This document shows positions 50,583 through 64,000 of a stretch of 64,000 nt of DNA, one piece after another; position 1 is the first letter of the stretch, and every line of letters starts with the position of its first letter. The position numbers and the translations under genes are program-made. The DNA lies in NCBI GenBank assembly GCA_020137815.1, contig CM035350.1, positions 1,674,001 through 1,738,000 on the forward strand. The letters are read 5' to 3'. The stretch is from Hormiphora californensis (lineage: Eukaryota; Animalia; Ctenophora). The notes below the pieces were generated by a model. The model was not told the origin of the DNA. It searched no databases and saw only the letters and a program-made list of their open reading frames with translations.

Positions 50583-53500
50583 CCTATCTCTCTTTCTCTG
50601 AGCACAGAAATTAGTCGTGCTATTTGCATGTGCGTGTGTGCAAGTGTACACACAAGTTGTGCTGGTCAGACTCACCCTGCAGTGAGAACAGAGCCACCAG
50701 ATACATGAAGTGGTTCTACCCCAGTGAGAACAGAGCCACAAGATACATGAAGTGGTTCTACCCCAGTGAGAACAGAGCCACAAGATACATGAAGTGGTTC
50801 TACCCCAGTGAGAACAGAGCCACAAGATACATGAAGTGGTTCTACCCCAGTGAGAACAGAGCCACAAGATACATGAAGTGGTTCTACCCCAGTGAGAACA
50901 GAGCCACAAGATACATGAAGTGGTTCTACCCCAGTGAGAACAGAGCCACAAGATACATGAAGTGGTTCTACCCCAGTGAGAACAGAGCCACAAGATACAT
51001 GAAGTGGTTCTACCCCAGTGAGAACAGAGCCACAAGATATATGAAGTGGTTCTACTCTGCAGTGAGAACAGAGCCACAAGATACATGAAGTGGTTCTACC
51101 CCAGTGAGAACAGAGCCACAAGATACATGAAGTGGTTCTACTCTGCAGTGAGAACAGAGCCACAAGATACATGAAGTGGTTCTACCTTTCTCTGCCCCCT
51201 CTCTATTACCAAACATAACAACTCTTCTCCCCATGTCAGGGTTTGAAGTATCTACACCGGGTTAACGTGATTCACAGAGACATGAAAGCAGGGAACCTAC
51301 TTCTAACTAATACTGCTATCGTTAAAATAGGTAACATCTCATTTACAACCCACAGACACAGTATAATCCCAACTTACTATCCTAACTTACTGATTTGTTT
51401 GATCTCATCCTTGAATAGGCGAGTACTTTATGTAAACAGCAATACCAATACCGTATTGGTATTGCTGTTTACATAAAGTACTCGCCTATTCAAGGATGAG
51501 ATCAAACAAATCAGTTTTCCTCTCCATCCGCCACATCCCCGTACATATCCTAACTTATTATTATCCTAACTTATATCCCTTCTACAATTATACTCCTTGT
51601 TTTCTGTGGTATGGTATGTCATTACTGTGGTGTGGGGCGTGTTTCACAATACTATCACGGGGTGGTGTGGGGGTACTGTGTTGTAATAGCGAGTGTATGG
51701 GAGGTTGTAAATGTAGAATATTACATATAATGTTAGCGAGAGATATCTTTAAAAAGAGATATATAGAGAGAGGAATCACAACGATAAAGTATCGGTGTCA
51801 ACTCAATGTGTTACCAGTCTCTTTCCTTCTCCTTCTCCTTCTTAGTTCTTCTTCTCCTTCTCTCCTGTCCAAATTCGATCTATCCCCCTGTTATACTTAG
51901 TGGGTGTCTGCATATATATTTGTTCTCTCTTTGTCATGTTTTACTCAGTCTTAGCACTACACACACGCACACACCTATCATGTATGACATAGGCAGGTAC
52001 TGAGGTATTCGGCTTAGTAAAGGGCGAAATACCGGAAGAGAGAGAGAGAGAGAGAGAGAGAAAAGAGTGCTAAAAAATAAACTGAAAATGGTGTTATTCT
52101 CACTTTGCAGCACACCCATGAGAGAGGGGGCAGGTCCTTTGACCAGGTATAATTTGTCTGGGGGGAAATGTAGTAAGTGAATTCCTATTACGTCACGAGG
52201 GCTACCTGTACACACGCTACATAGAGTAGCACACGAAATCGTGACTCGAGGAATTTCTACATGAAGAAGATCTGCTCTCTGGATGTGTGTAGAAGTTAAT
52301 TTGAAAGAAGAGTGCGACAGTATTGTTGCAAAACTGAGTGGTTTACTAAGTGCAGTGTAAACAGCAGCAGTATAATGGTGTGTTATTCATATCAATTACC
52401 TGCTTGGCTGGTTATATTGTACTGTTGTTCACCCCTCACATGACCCCCCTTCCCCCGGCCCTGTTATCATGAGATACTTGATATACACGACTGTATCAAG
52501 TGTGTGTAGAACACCTCCCCCTTAATTCTTCGAGTGTGTATTTTGTGCTCACTACGCTCGCTCATTGTTTTCAGGTGACTTTGGGGTCTCAGCTCTCAAT
52601 GCGACTCACGATCAGAAGCGACACTCCCATGTTGGATCCTGCTACTGGTAATTTAGAAAGAGGGGGTGTGAGGGGGGGGTGGGGGGAATTGGCTAGTGTG
52701 TGAGGGTGGGGGAGTGTGTGTGGGTGGATTGCTTGTGTATGTGATTTTGTAGTATCACTTCCTATGTTGTAATCAAACTACGCGATCTTTGAACAAACAA
52801 ACATGTTGGCAGACAGTAAATCCCGCCATACACACTCTCTCTCTCCGTGCACTGCACTCTCTCTCCGTGCCTCCATTAGCAGGGTATGCTGTGTAACTGC
52901 AAAACATTTTATGCACTCTCTCTTCAGTAACCAATCACCCTGGTCCCCCGGCATTTATCCGTCGGAAATATTTCTTCTTATTTTTTTTGCTCTAATTTTT
53001 TACATCATTTCACCTTTCAGGATGCCGCCCGAAGTGATTATCTGTGAAACATCTAAAGACAACCCTTATGACTATAAGGTAAGACTCTCTCCACCCTTCT
53101 TTATCTATCTATCTCTCTCTCTCTTCCCATCTCTCTCCCTATCTCTCTCACTCTCTCTCCCTCTCTCTCTCTCTCTCCCTCTCTCTCCCTCTCTCTATTT
53201 CTTTCCTCATTTCTCTGTCACAGTATGAAACACTTACACAAACCGGAATTTATTAATTGCTCTGCATGTGACTGTACATCCCAGGCTGATGTTTGGTCGC
53301 TAGGAATAACTCTTCTGGAAATGGCGGAGATGAAGCCGCCAAATTTTGATCTCCATCCCACCCGAGCCTTGATCCGCATTCCAAAGAGCGCCCCTCCGAC
53401 ATTCCTATATCCGGAGAAATGGTGAGCTGCGCCGGGGAGGTAGATGCAAAGTTCCATGTGGGCCGTGTCCTTGCTGAGTGCGATATTTCTAAAACTGTGC

Positions 53501-54919
53501 CGCGCGGGGTTTCTAAAATATTGAAAGTCAGGCAGTGTTAGCAACACGTTGCGCGCACTCACGCTGAAACTCAAGGAGGGAACTGCTGCCGGGCCGGGTG
53601 AGAAGAAATAATAATACTTGAAAAGCTGCTGCTGCCTGCTGTAGGAAACCTTTTAGTTTGTTTAATACCTTCCCTTTGTTAAAGCTGTAATGTACTTGCT
53701 GAATTACCTCCCTCCCCATGTTAGGTCTAAATTGTTTTCTGAGTTTCTGGGCCGATGTCTCGTGAAGGATCCTAAACATCGAACCTCAACGGGCCAACTT
53801 TTACAGGTAGGGGAGAGAGGGGTATCACATTGCAATGATAACGCATTTCTCATACTATCGTTGTTTCTTTTTTCTCTCTAGCACAAGTGGCTCAGTGGTC
53901 GACCCATTGAAAACAAACCGCTACGAATCCTCATCGCTGAGATGTCTGCTCCTGTGGAAGAAACCCTTGAGGAGGCAGGACCAGAGATAGAGGATGAGGT
54001 ATCCAGTTCCAGTTCTCTGGCCCAGGAGGTTCTGAGAAGGAGGAGCACAAAGAGTAGTGAGGGGAGTGGTACTGGACCTCGTTTTGGTATCTCTGTTCTA
54101 CCCCACGGGGGCGGTATATCAACCCCTAATCTACTAGAGGTACGTACTGACAAACTGACACAGACAATTACTGACATATTGACAACACACACACAGGGTA
54201 CTAGACAGCAACAGAGACGATACAGCCACAGACTGACAGGGGGTACAAGACCCCTCCCTATGACACGAGAGATCAGTGCTTCTATGAGTGCTCTCGATTC
54301 TGGGAGACCTCCCCGATACCCGCGAGTTCTGCCTGGCTCACAACGTCTATCCCACCAGCATGATGCTTTGCCTGGTATTGCAACTCAGGCTGGCATGTTC
54401 AAACAGAACTCAGAGTTGAACCTCAATTCCAGCCTCACCTACCTCCAAATACCTCAGTCAAAGGAAACAGAAAAGGTAGGTCCCCGCCCCCCTGGTAGTT
54501 ATGCCATATTTCCCCTACATACCACCTTCCAGCTTTACACTAATCGCCCTTATAGCTTCCAAAAGTCTCACCATCCCCCCGGCCCTAAAACAACCCTTCT
54601 CTCTCCTTTACAGCTGTACAAGAGGACACGCAGTAGAAAGTTTGTGATTGATGGGGAGGAGCTAGTTCGACACACAGAGGACCTTATCAGTGTGGCGGAG
54701 GACAGCAAAACCACATACGCTCAGCGTGTATACCGGCTGCGTAAGGAGGTGGAGAAGGAATACACCGCCCTCCGGAAAGCTGAGCTAAAGGATCAGAAAA
54801 AGATGATGTCTAGATGGAAACGGGAGAGGGATGATCTGCTGAAGACACAACGTGCAGAGATAGAGGCAATACACAAGGGGTGCAATGCCAAGCTGGACAA
54901 GACCCACAAAGAAAGGTAA
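49396..54919 (+). CDS. SLK: STE20-family kinase of the SLK/LOK (STK10) subfamily, multi-exon; C-terminus possibly incomplete
   Basis: [87 protein letters not shown], and RTRSRKFVIDGEE followed by coiled coil, as in SLK/LOK. Confidence 0.88.
50680..51185. repeat. 42-bp minisatellite, about 12 copies, intronic
   Basis: Unit cagtgagaacagagccacaagatacatgaagtggttctaccc repeated head-to-tail with no spacers. Confidence 0.97.
51389..51515. repeat. 127-bp palindrome (63-bp arms, 1-nt centre)
   Basis: actgatttgtttgatctc...ataccaatac|c|gtattggtat...gagatcaaacaaatcagt. Confidence 0.95.
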
Positions 54920-55027
54920 GAAACGAAAACCAATCTCCACTCCGAAAGAAATGAAACAAGTATTTTCAATGCTGGTCATGGTAACAGTATATGTGATACC
55001 ACGACGTTGGTAACTGTATAATACTGT

Positions 55028-64000
<8,973 letters not shown>

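Noticed and set aside
50680-51185. CRISPR-like regular repeat and repetitive ORFs (SENRATRYMKWFYP)n
   Set aside because: Units are contiguous with no unique spacers, no cas genes are present, and it lies in a eukaryotic intron; it is a minisatellite.

Overview
Animal nuclear DNA, rich in introns and microsatellites, with several nested genes; this profile would fit a ctenophore, but the taxon is only an inference. Multi-exon genes: NCKAP1/Nap1 (+, 1142-22796), an RCC1-repeat protein (-), a class IIa HDAC (-), an SLK/LOK-type STE20 kinase (+) and a large VWD/C8/TIL/VWC/Ig secreted protein (-, runs off the window end). NCKAP1 introns carry three nested genes: an F5/8-C-like secreted protein, an intronless class A GPCR and an intronless papain-family protease with a C-terminal ShK-like domain. 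Mobile DNA includes a Gypsy pol plus LTR interrupted by a CR1-group fragment, a near full-length CR1/L2-group LINE, an RNase H LINE fragment, a Kolobok-like TTAA element, a Helentron-like element, minimal hammerhead ribozyme motifs and tRNA-derived fold-back elements. Best leads: (1) the HDAC keeps its class IIa structural Zn site and regulatory motifs but has lost several catalytic residues, so it is a predicted pseudo-deacetylase; (2) two tRNA-derived elements share a tail and sit as tails-out inverted repeats; (3) the protease-ShK fusion; (4) recurrent tandem duplication of splice sites. The 11.9-18.6 kb region looks partly misassembled (inverted block, 100-N gap, noisy duplicate). Exon boundaries were read by eye and are approximate.
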